Below are positions 37,169 to 44,671 of a stretch of DNA of 64,000 nucleotides, one piece after another. The notes beneath the pieces are model-generated. The model was given only the letters and a program-made list of their open reading frames with translations, did not search any database and was not told the origin of the DNA. Source of the DNA: Candidatus Micrarchaeota archaeon (GTDB lineage: Archaea; Micrarchaeota; Micrarchaeia; Micrarchaeales; CABMGC01); the NCBI GenBank assembly GCA_021848065.1, contig JAJZNA010000010.1, forward strand, positions 34,586 to 98,585. The letters run 5' to 3'. A program made the position numbers and the translations under genes. Positions within the stretch are counted from its first letter, which is position 1. Every line of letters starts with the position of its first letter.

Positions 37169-38107
37169 ATGAAAATCGTAATACCTGATGACCTGGGACT
37201 TCTCCCCAAGCATTACAAAACCATAAAGTCCATGGGGGACGCTGAAATATATCTGGATCTGCCCTCAGACAAAACTTTTGCTGATAGGATAAAGGATGCG
37301 GATATCATAACTAGCGGCTGGACGGCCATCACACCTGCAATGATGGACAGCGCCAAGAGCCTGAAATATATAATCATAGAAGCGAGCGGATATCAGCAGT
37401 GGGTGGACGCAGCGTACGCCGCAAAGAAGGGCATAGCTGTATTGAATTGTCCTACATACAGCTCTGCCGCAGTAGCAAACATGACAATAGCCTTCATGCT
37501 CTCCCTAACGCGCAAGATAAAGGCAGCAAACGAAACCATCATGAAGGGCAAGTGGCTGAAAAATCCATACCGTGGGATGGAACTTGAGGGCAGGACTCTG
37601 GGACTCATAGGCTACGGAAATATCGGCAGAAGGGTTGCCGAAATTGCAGAGAAGCTAGGCATGAAAGTTGAATACTGCAATTCAAAGACAGCTTCTAGAA
37701 TAGATAAAATACTCCGAGTTTCTGATGTGGTATCGCTTCATCTACCACTGAATGGTAATACCAAGCACATCATGAATTCAAGGAGATTGGGCCTCATGAA
37801 AAAGGGGGCGTACCTAATTAACGTATCCAGGGGCGGCCTCGTAGACCAGAAGGCCCTTGCCAGGGCCCTGAAATCGGGCAGCATCGCTGGAGCCGCGCTG
37901 GACGTGTTCGAGGATGAACCTCGGCGCGAAACGTCCAAAGGCGTATCTAAGGACATAATCGGGCTGTCACGAATGGGCAATGTCATAGCGACCCCACACA
38001 TAGCCTACAATACAACTGACATGACCGAACGTATGGGCGAAGAGATTATACGCAACATTGAGTCATGCATCAAAGGGCGGCCTATAAACGTTGTAAACCG
38101 ACCATAA
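37169..38107 (+). CDS. D-isomer-specific 2-hydroxyacid dehydrogenase family (phosphoglycerate dehydrogenase / glyoxylate reductase-like)
   Basis: 312 aa. NAD-binding loop is LGLIGYGNIGRRVA. Also LINVSRGGLVD and GAALDVFEDEP. Confidence 0.8.
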   Translation: MKIVIPDDLGLLPKHYKTIKSMGDAEIYLDLPSDKTFADRIKDADIITSGWTAITPAMMDSAKSLKYIIIEASGYQQWVDAAYAAKKGIAVLNCPTYSSAAVANMTIAFMLSLTRKIKAANETIMKGKWLKNPYRGMELEGRTLGLIGYGNIGRRVAEIAEKLGMKVEYCNSKTASRIDKILRVSDVVSLHLPLNGNTKHIMNSRRLGLMKKGAYLINVSRGGLVDQKALARALKSGSIAGAALDVFEDEPRRETSKGVSKDIIGLSRMGNVIATPHIAYNTTDMTERMGEEIIRNIESCIKGRPINVVNRP

Positions 38108-38148
38108 CCTGATCCATTATCCGAGCGTCTTCAGGCTCTCCAAATGTT

Positions 38149-39018
38149 TCATATATTGAGCAGGGTCAGCACGAGGTTGCCCAAAGACAGTGATATCACA
38201 ACCCCGAGGAATATGAACAAGGAGAACGGTACAGAATTGCGGTAAACTGGCAACTTCCTTTTTATGCCCTTCATCTTGCTTATGGAGGATGCCGTAGCGA
38301 GCCTTCCAAAGGCAGGATAAGCCTTTCTGAAGTAATCCAAGTCTTCCTGGCTCATAATGTTTATGGCTATCATGTCCCCCTCTTCAAGCGCCTTGGGGTA
38401 GATCATGCTGGTCATCTCCTGGTATATGTCATGTTCGAACACTATGCTAATGCATGATGCTACTGCAAGAGACATAACTATCACTGCTGCAACAATCCCC
38501 ATGGCCGAAAGGTACGAGAAGGCAAAAGCGAACATTGTGTAAGTGACCAATAGCACCGCCCCAAGAAGCATGTTCCTTCCCCTAGGCCTGGAAAGCTTCT
38601 TTCCCGCAAGTATCCTTTTGTACAGTATGTAGTAGATTGGTATGAAGAGAGCTGCAGTATATCCTGCACCTATTATCACTGACACTATGAAAGGTATATT
38701 GAGCTGTGACATGCCGTTAAGGTACGAAGATGCCTGAATGGGTAGCACCAACGCTATGAATACCAGTTCCAGTACATCCCCACCGCCTAGGTAACCTGAC
38801 CGGTATACAAGGAAGCCCAGAAGGGCCACTATTGCTGCAATTGCAAAATCCAATAGTATGATACTATAATTGAAAAGAACTGCCGTAACTATGCCTATGA
38901 CAAGGGTGGCATAAACTACCTTGTCAGGTATGTTCCTCTTGTTGAACACATCAAACAGTGCGTACACAAGGGTTACAGCCAATAGCACCGCAATTTCCAA
39001 TGCGGTATAAGCGGCCAT
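38149..39018 (-). CDS. A24-family prepilin/preflagellin peptidase (FlaK/PibD-like)
   Basis: 289 aa, polytopic. Two catalytic-Asp contexts: YALFDVFNKRNIPDK and YLGGGDVLEL. Confidence 0.7.
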   Translation of the reverse strand: MAAYTALEIAVLLAVTLVYALFDVFNKRNIPDKVVYATLVIGIVTAVLFNYSIILLDFAIAAIVALLGFLVYRSGYLGGGDVLELVFIALVLPIQASSYLNGMSQLNIPFIVSVIIGAGYTAALFIPIYYILYKRILAGKKLSRPRGRNMLLGAVLLVTYTMFAFAFSYLSAMGIVAAVIVMSLAVASCISIVFEHDIYQEMTSMIYPKALEEGDMIAINIMSQEDLDYFRKAYPAFGRLATASSISKMKGIKRKLPVYRNSVPFSLFIFLGVVISLSLGNLVLTLLNI

Positions 39019-39107
39019 AGCAAACTATTCCTGTAAACGCTTAAAAATGCATCAGCGGAGCATAAAACCCGCTTTTTAGGCACGGGCTTTCCCAAGCCCA
39101 TGCCCTA

Positions 39108-39136
39108 GTGCATGGCCTCATTGCAAGGCCATGCAC
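39108..39136. other. perfect 10-bp hairpin (GTGCATGGCC / GGCCATGCAC, 9-nt loop)
   Basis: Read directly from the sequence. Lies 90-118 nt upstream of the peptidase start. A second hairpin GGGCTT/AAGCCC is at 39084-39099. Confidence 0.6.
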
Positions 39137-39143
39137 CCACCTA

Positions 39144-39206
39144 CCCAACTATTTACATTCATCCCACCCCAACTTTCCCAATCTCATAACGGCCTGCCCA
39201 ACTTTC
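39144..39206. repeat. three direct copies of CCCAACT(A/T)T(T/C)
   Basis: Copies begin at 39144, 39168 and 39197, with spacing of 24 and 29 nt. They lie in the intergenic region between the wHTH regulator and the prepilin peptidase. Confidence 0.4.
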
Positions 39207-39266
39207 AGCAGCATTGCCTGCCCATGCAGACCCGGCGTGTCGACAACCAATTCTATCTTCGGCTCA

Positions 39267-39605
39267 TTAGGCTCCAACTTGCGTAGTGACCATGACGTGA
39301 TGATACTGCCTGTTCTGCACGTCAGTCACCTTGCTTCTTATCACCCGCATACCAATTTCCGTAAGTTCGAGAGGCCTTGCCTTCTCTCCCTTTTCCATGA
39401 AATCTACCAGTCCAGCCCGTTTAAGTTTCTTAAGCGTATACCAGACCCCGCTCTGCGAGGCTCCGTACTTTGATGATATGAAGTCAACGAAGTCAGTAGC
39501 TGTTGGAACTACGTTCAGTCCAATCTCGTACAGCAGCCGCAGCTCCTTGTCAGTGACTCGGAGTTGTTCCACATTTTCGATACTAGATATAGTTTGTAAA
39601 GGCAT
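39267..39605 (-). CDS. small winged-helix transcriptional regulator (MarR/ArsR-like)
   Basis: 112 aa from ATG 39605. SQSGVWYTLKKLKRAGLVDFMEKGEKARPLELTEIG is a recognition helix plus wing. The longer tracked ORF (to 39707) adds a junk-like N-terminus. Confidence 0.6.
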   Translation of the reverse strand: MPLQTISSIENVEQLRVTDKELRLLYEIGLNVVPTATDFVDFISSKYGASQSGVWYTLKKLKRAGLVDFMEKGEKARPLELTEIGMRVIRSKVTDVQNRQYHHVMVTTQVGA

Positions 39606-39836
39606 AAGAGCACCCGAACAGAAAAGGAAGAAGTATGATACTCTTATGCAACGGATATATACTTTGTATTTGTATATATCGTTGCTCCTACAGCTATTGA
39701 GTCGCATATAGCAGCGTTCAAATTAAAAGCTAGCGTTGGCATCCAAGTTGCCACATGATACATTTCCGTGAACGCGCTTTTCATTTGCGACCCATTCTAT
39801 ACTTCCTTATACCCGCTCCACTTATTTAAACCTTTC

Positions 39837-40451
39837 CTACAACTTTTTACCTTTATGAGCGTTACCCGACCTTCTTATTGTGGCTATAACGTCGGTAATA
39901 TTCTCCTTAAGCTTCTCTATGCTGGCTGTGTTTGCTATTACAAAATCAGCTTCACGGATCACATGCATGACTCCATGTTTCTCTTCGGATTTCGCCTTCA
40001 TGAATCCTCTCTTCTCACGCTGCTCGAGCCATCTGAACCCTTTCAGCGTCTTCGGATCCTCCGGCTTGCCACGCCTCTTGAGCCTCCTGAACCTCACACT
40101 CATTGGTGCGAGAAGAGCAACTATGCGTATATGCTTTATGTGCCTCCTGAAATAATACATTTCGTATGTGCTCCTTACTCCCATTATCGCTATCTCTGCC
40201 CTCCTCTTCCTTATCTTCCTTAGGGCGTATCTTGCGTAAACGTCCTTGCCGTACTTCTCCCTCAGTTTCCTTGTAAACTCTCTTGCGGCTACTGGATCTG
40301 AACGGGGTATGTTATTCTTCTTGAGCAGTTCCCTCCATATGTCCCCAAGCTCTATGACTTCGAATCCTTTCTTCTTCAGCATCTCTGCGACAATGCTCTT
40401 CCCGGATCCCGGGAGACCTACAACTGCAAGTATTATCTGTTTCTTGACCAT
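39837..40451 (-). CDS. P-loop nucleotide kinase, UPF0200 / dephospho-CoA-kinase-like family
   Basis: 204 aa. Walker A is VVGLPGSGKS. Basic lid-like region is RFRRLKRRGKPEDP. Confidence 0.55.
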   Translation of the reverse strand: MVKKQIILAVVGLPGSGKSIVAEMLKKKGFEVIELGDIWRELLKKNNIPRSDPVAAREFTRKLREKYGKDVYARYALRKIRKRRAEIAIMGVRSTYEMYYFRRHIKHIRIVALLAPMSVRFRRLKRRGKPEDPKTLKGFRWLEQREKRGFMKAKSEEKHGVMHVIREADFVIANTASIEKLKENITDVIATIRRSGNAHKGKKL

Positions 40452-40458
40452 GGCACCA

Positions 40459-40788
40459 TCAATGCACTCTTGTGCCTTCAGCTACATCTCTGTTTGGCAC
40501 AAGTATTGATACGTTTCCTGTCTCTCCTGCAGCGAGCATCATCCCCTGCGACTCTATCCCTGCTATGGTCTTGGGTTCGAGATTGACTATGCATGCTACC
40601 TTCATGCCGTTAAGATCTTCCTTGGTGTAATCGCCCTTCACTCCGGCGACAATTGTCCTCAGCCCTATTTCCGGGCCGAAATCCACAGATAGCTTGTACA
40701 TGGGCTTTCTTGCCTTTTCATGGTCTTCCACGGATATTATCTTACCTATACGTATATCCATCTCAGAAAAAGCGTCCAAATTGACCAT
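40459..40788 (-). CDS. stand-alone tRNA-binding domain protein (Trbp111/CsaA-like OB fold)
   Basis: 109 aa. DIRIGKIISVEDHEKARKPMYKLSVDFG...CIVNLEPKTIAGIESQGMMLAA. Confidence 0.8.
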   Translation of the reverse strand: MVNLDAFSEMDIRIGKIISVEDHEKARKPMYKLSVDFGPEIGLRTIVAGVKGDYTKEDLNGMKVACIVNLEPKTIAGIESQGMMLAAGETGNVSILVPNRDVAEGTRVH

Positions 40789-40828
40789 AAAAGCACAAGT
40801 TAATTAAAAAGTTAAGTTATTTAACATT

Positions 40829-41362
40829 GTGCGATGCTTCACTGGCATAGATGTCCCCGACCAGATCAAGAAAAGGATACTCGAAGTTCAGGGACTGATG
40901 CCAAGGGAAAACCTCACGCTTGTAAGGGAAGATGCACTGCACATAACACTTCACTTCTTCGACCACATAAGTGAGAATCAGGTACGGAAGGTAATCAAGG
41001 CATTGGATTCCGAATCCCCTGGAAAGTTTGACGTGGATATAAGGGGCATATCCTATTTTGGAGGGAAAGAAATACACACAATATTTGTTAAAGTAAATGA
41101 TCCAGAAGGCAGAATAACGTCGCTATACCGCAACATTGGGGAGTCACTTGCCTCTGGTGGCGTGCGCTATGACTCCAAGGCATATACTCCGCACATAACG
41201 ATTGCGCGTTGCAAGAGGGATGGGTATAGGCTGGCCGGCTTTATGGATGGCAACAGTGATACAGAATTCGGCAGTTTCTCAGTAGAGCGCATATTCCTGA
41301 AACAGAGCGTCCTTTCCAACCAAGGGCCAGTATATACCACACTACACGAACACGAGATTTGA
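40829..41362 (+). CDS. thpR: RNA 2',3'-cyclic phosphodiesterase (2H family, ThpR/LigT)
   Basis: 177 aa with a GTG start. Two H-x-T-x motifs: HITLHF and HITIAR. Confidence 0.8.
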   Translation: MRCFTGIDVPDQIKKRILEVQGLMPRENLTLVREDALHITLHFFDHISENQVRKVIKALDSESPGKFDVDIRGISYFGGKEIHTIFVKVNDPEGRITSLYRNIGESLASGGVRYDSKAYTPHITIARCKRDGYRLAGFMDGNSDTEFGSFSVERIFLKQSVLSNQGPVYTTLHEHEI

Positions 41363-42013
41363 ACGTGTCTTCTCGTATTCATCCTTGCTCAATGTGCATG
41401 TAAGTTCCCCAAGCCGGTATGCCCTGTTCAGCAGAAGCAGGTTGTATGGCACACCTGTCTTGAGGTCTATTGATATATGCCTAATCTCCGTACCGAAGAG
41501 ATCAAGCTCCATGAAATGGCCCTTCAGGTGGTTGGCTAGCATCTCCACAGACCCGCACATTTCCGCATCGCCATTCTGCAGGCCTATGGCCCTGAGTTCT
41601 ATGTTGGGACGTTTCCAGTTCGACGCCATACGTACAATCCTTGACACGTCGCTTCCTGCAAACGGTTTGCTCAGGCGCGCCACTATTGCGCTTCTGGAAT
41701 TTACTTCATAAATCAGCACGAGAAGATCATGGGTGATATTTGCTGAGTTTACATACCTTGTACCATGGGGCAGAACTGATATGCATGTGCCTGTCTTGAG
41801 CTCAAGACCCATGCCTGACACTTTTCCCAATGATGTGTGCTGCCTATTGCCTGTAGCGACTCTAAGCGGCCTTGTGTAGAAATCCCCTATGGCCATGTCC
41901 TTGTATGAAGTTAATACATCCATTGGCAAGACACTACTCCAATATCTCCAAGAAAAGTATAAAATAGGTCCCATGCAATGTATTGCTGTACAACTGGCCA
42001 TCCACAGCAACAT
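41342..42013 (-). CDS. hypothetical protein (weak CheD-like pattern)
   Basis: 223 aa with an uncertain start (alternatives 41923 and 41896). Segments TGTCISV, ELRAIGLQNG and LFGTEIRHISIDLKTG loosely parallel the CheD blocks GSCVAV, AKIAGGA and GGNRARSVEYNIETG. Confidence 0.3.
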   Translation of the reverse strand: MLLWMASCTAIHCMGPILYFSWRYWSSVLPMDVLTSYKDMAIGDFYTRPLRVATGNRQHTSLGKVSGMGLELKTGTCISVLPHGTRYVNSANITHDLLVLIYEVNSRSAIVARLSKPFAGSDVSRIVRMASNWKRPNIELRAIGLQNGDAEMCGSVEMLANHLKGHFMELDLFGTEIRHISIDLKTGVPYNLLLLNRAYRLGELTCTLSKDEYEKTRSNLVFV

Positions 42014-42073
42014 TTTTAAATTCTTAAGTATATATCAAGATAACTGCTGCCTTATTGTAGCTGTACTGATTTC

Positions 42074-42643
42074 ATGAAACTTACAATAGTGGAGAGTAAC
42101 AAAGACTCAATAAAGTTTAACCTCTCAGAAACGAACTATTCGTTTGCGAATGCCCTGAGGAGAGCCATGATAAATGGTGTGGGCACGCTTGCCATAGACT
42201 CGGTCACGTTCTATGAGAACTCAAGTGCTATGTTCGACGAGTACATAGCCCATAGGATAGGCCTTATACCCATCGTGACACCAAAGGATTATGATGAGAA
42301 GGACGAGGTCGTGTTCTCACTCAGCGCAGAGGGCCCGTGCACAGTATACTCAAAGGATTTAGTCAGCACATCAAAGGGAATAAAGGTCGCAAATGAAAAG
42401 ATACCGATAATAAAGCTCGCAGAGGGCCAGCGCATAAAGATAGATGGAAAGGCGATTTTCAACAGCGCCATAAAGAGCGCCAAGTTCCAACCCGGACTGG
42501 TAACATACAAGGCAATAGACGACAGCAACTTCGAGTTTTATGTTGAAAGTTTCGGTCAGATGCCTCCTGTGGAGATAGTACAGAGAGCCCTGAACATGAT
42601 AGGCAATAATATAAAAGAGGTATACAAAGAAATAAAGAAGTGA
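42074..42643 (+). CDS. rpoD: DNA-directed RNA polymerase subunit D (Rpo3)
   Basis: 189 aa. FANALRRAMINGVGTLAIDSVTFYENSSAMFDEYIAHRIGLIPI. Confidence 0.9.
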   Translation: MKLTIVESNKDSIKFNLSETNYSFANALRRAMINGVGTLAIDSVTFYENSSAMFDEYIAHRIGLIPIVTPKDYDEKDEVVFSLSAEGPCTVYSKDLVSTSKGIKVANEKIPIIKLAEGQRIKIDGKAIFNSAIKSAKFQPGLVTYKAIDDSNFEFYVESFGQMPPVEIVQRALNMIGNNIKEVYKEIKK

Positions 42644-42647
42644 CAAC

Positions 42648-42737
42648 GCAGGGGTGGCAGAGCTTGGTCAAATGCGCTGGCTTGAGGGGTCAGTAGCTTT
42701 AGGGCTTGCGTGAGTTCAAATCTCACCCCCTGCACCA
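42648..42737 (+). tRNA. tRNA-Leu (anticodon GAG), class II with long variable arm and genomically encoded CCA
   Basis: Acceptor GCAGGGG/CCCCTGC, anticodon arm CTGGC-TTGAGGG-GTCAG, T arm GTGAG-TTCAAAT-CTCAC, then A-CCA at 42734-42737. Starts 4 nt after the rpoD stop. Confidence 0.9.
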
Positions 42738-42743
42738 ACAAAG

Positions 42744-43097
42744 GTGAACATTGTGCAAATAGAAAATACAAAGATAAGCAGATGGATAGACACGCTTTCG
42801 AAGTCAAGGCAGACTGCCAAGAATAAGGCGCTAATGGCCTACCTGCTCAAGCTGGCGTCAAAGCCGAAAAGGCAGCGCGTAAGCGTTAACCTGTCCAAGC
42901 TCGAGCGCCTGGCTGCGGAAAATGAGTTCATTGTAGTGCCTGGCAAGGTGCTCGGCAGTGGGGATATAAAGAAAAGCATAAATATCACTGCGATAGACTT
43001 CTCATCAAGCGCCCTCGAGAAGCTGAAGATGTCAAAGTGCAAGGTTGTTGATCTGAGCGAGGTAGTTGCAAAGGGAGGCGCAAGGATAATAATATGA
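42744..43097 (+). CDS. rpl18e: 50S ribosomal protein L18e
   Basis: 117 aa. VNLSKLERLAAENEFIVVPGKVLGSGDI matches the L18e core. An alternative GTG at 42753 is preceded by the SD-like AGGTGA at 42742-42747. Confidence 0.85.
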   Translation: MNIVQIENTKISRWIDTLSKSRQTAKNKALMAYLLKLASKPKRQRVSVNLSKLERLAAENEFIVVPGKVLGSGDIKKSINITAIDFSSSALEKLKMSKCKVVDLSEVVAKGGARIII

Positions 43098-43107
43098 TAA
43101 TACGGTA

Positions 43108-43545
43108 ATGTTTATGGCTGATTATGTTATAGATGGAACTGACAAGGTGCTCGGTAGGGTAGGAAGCCGTGTCGCAAAGCTTCTGCTGCAGGATAACAAC
43201 GTTACAATACTCAATTCCGAGAAGATGGTAATGACTGGCCATCCACAGGACCTGGTGTCAAAATACAAGCAGCTCGTAGAACTGAAGGACAAGGCAAACC
43301 CGGAGCATTCTCCATATTGGCCAAGGAGACCTGACATGTTCGTCAAGAGAGTTATAAGGGGCATGCTGCCTTACAAGAGACCCAAGGGCAAGACTGCATT
43401 CAAGAAGCTCAGGGTTTACGTAGGCGTTCCTGCCACCCTCAAGGACGCGAAGCTGTATGAACTTAAGTCCAAGAACCCATCAGAGATATTTGAGACCACG
43501 ATCTCGATCCAGCAGCTTACAGAAAAGCTGGGCTACAAGCTGTGA
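43108..43545 (+). CDS. rpl13: 50S ribosomal protein L13 (uL13)
   Basis: 145 aa. IDGTDKVLGRVGSRVAKLL...RVIRGMLPYK. Confidence 0.9.
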   Translation: MFMADYVIDGTDKVLGRVGSRVAKLLLQDNNVTILNSEKMVMTGHPQDLVSKYKQLVELKDKANPEHSPYWPRRPDMFVKRVIRGMLPYKRPKGKTAFKKLRVYVGVPATLKDAKLYELKSKNPSEIFETTISIQQLTEKLGYKL

Positions 43546-43865
43546 TAACGATGCATATGTTGTCCTACATACAAAACACATATCTCTCAAACTCCGCAAA
43601 GAACGGCAACCTTAAAAAGGTCAAGGCCGCCCTTAAGCTTGGAGCAGACATGAATGCAAGGACAAATGGATGGACTGCATGGATGCAGGCCGTATCTAAT
43701 GGACATGAAGACATTGCGACATTCCTGGAGATGAAAGGAGCAGAAGTGACCGAATCTGACCGCATAAATGCAGAGATAAGGGCCAAGATGAACAAGGCAT
43801 GCAACGTTATTTCAGGAAGTGCTACAAGGCACATGGCAAGGATGATTAATCACGCAAAAAACTAG
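43542..43865 (+). CDS. small ankyrin-repeat protein
   Basis: 107 aa (alternative ATG starts at 43551 and 43557). SAKNGNLKKVKAALKLGADMNARTNGWTAWMQAVSNGHEDIATFLEMKGAEV fits the ANK consensus (..G..LH.A...GH.....LL..GAD.N). It fills the whole L13-S9 gap. Confidence 0.65.
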   Translation: MITMHMLSYIQNTYLSNSAKNGNLKKVKAALKLGADMNARTNGWTAWMQAVSNGHEDIATFLEMKGAEVTESDRINAEIRAKMNKACNVISGSATRHMARMINHAKN

Positions 43866-43878
43866 CAAGCTGATAGCA

Positions 43879-44418
43879 ATGGCAAATGAATCAAAAGGCA
43901 TTGAAAACTTGGACAAGGAGCTTGAAACGCTTTACCAACCGAAACAAGGCCAGAAGGCCGCAGCAAAAAAGACGGCTACGAGAGCAAAGAAGACCCCCTC
44001 TGCTGCCAAGAAAGCCCCAGTGCTTTCAAAAGGCAAGAGGAAGAGGGCTGTCGCAAGGGCATCACTAATACCTGGACACGGTACTATCCGATTCAATGGT
44101 GTGGCTATAGACCTGGTCAAGCCAAAGGAGATCAGGGAATTCATACTTGAACCTGTACGCATCTCCAAAGCGGCCCGCGACATAGTACACAACTCAGACA
44201 TAAAGATAAGTGTATACGGCGGCGGCACGAGCGGACAAGCTCAGGCCGCAAGGACTGCCCTTGCAAAGGTCATAACCGAAGCGTCAGGCCTCGATTCGTT
44301 GAGGAGCCTGTACATGGAGTATGACAGGACCCTGCTTATAGATGACTACAGGCGTGTAGAGCCTAAGAAGTTCCTAGGACCAAAGGCACGTGCAAAGTTC
44401 CAGACGTCATACAGGTGA
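43879..44418 (+). CDS. rps9: 30S ribosomal protein S9 (uS9) with a K/A-rich N-terminal extension
   Basis: 179 aa. Core is [12 protein letters not shown]...[18 protein letters not shown]...KFQTSYR. The extra roughly 45 aa is [30 protein letters not shown]. Confidence 0.9.
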   Translation: MANESKGIENLDKELETLYQPKQGQKAAAKKTATRAKKTPSAAKKAPVLSKGKRKRAVARASLIPGHGTIRFNGVAIDLVKPKEIREFILEPVRISKAARDIVHNSDIKISVYGGGTSGQAQAARTALAKVITEASGLDSLRSLYMEYDRTLLIDDYRRVEPKKFLGPKARAKFQTSYR

Positions 44419-44431
44419 AGAGGTTTTTGCG

Positions 44432-44632
44432 ATGATGATACCAATACGATGTTTCTCCTGCGGCCAGGTTATCGCCGACAAGTGGGAGGAGTTCAATACC
44501 AAGGTAAACTCCCAGAAGGCAGATTCGGACAGCACTCTGACCGCTCTTGGAGTGAACAGGTACTGCTGCAGAAGGATGCTCGCAAGCCACGTCGATTTGA
44601 TAGACGAGGTTATAAACTACAGCAGAAAATAA
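44432..44632 (+). CDS. rpoN: DNA-directed RNA polymerase subunit N (Rpo10)
   Basis: 66 aa from ATG 44432. [21 protein letters not shown]...RYCCRRML zinc-binding motif. Confidence 0.9.
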   Translation: MMIPIRCFSCGQVIADKWEEFNTKVNSQKADSDSTLTALGVNRYCCRRMLASHVDLIDEVINYSRK

Positions 44633-44671
44633 ACATACATTTAAAAAGCAATAGTGCTTAATATAAGCTGC

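Noticed and set aside
39108-39473. 121-aa plus-strand ORF
   Set aside because: Its composition is Pro/His/Ser-rich and junk-like. It overlaps the minus-strand wHTH regulator gene and the hairpin/repeat spacer. No motif was recognised.
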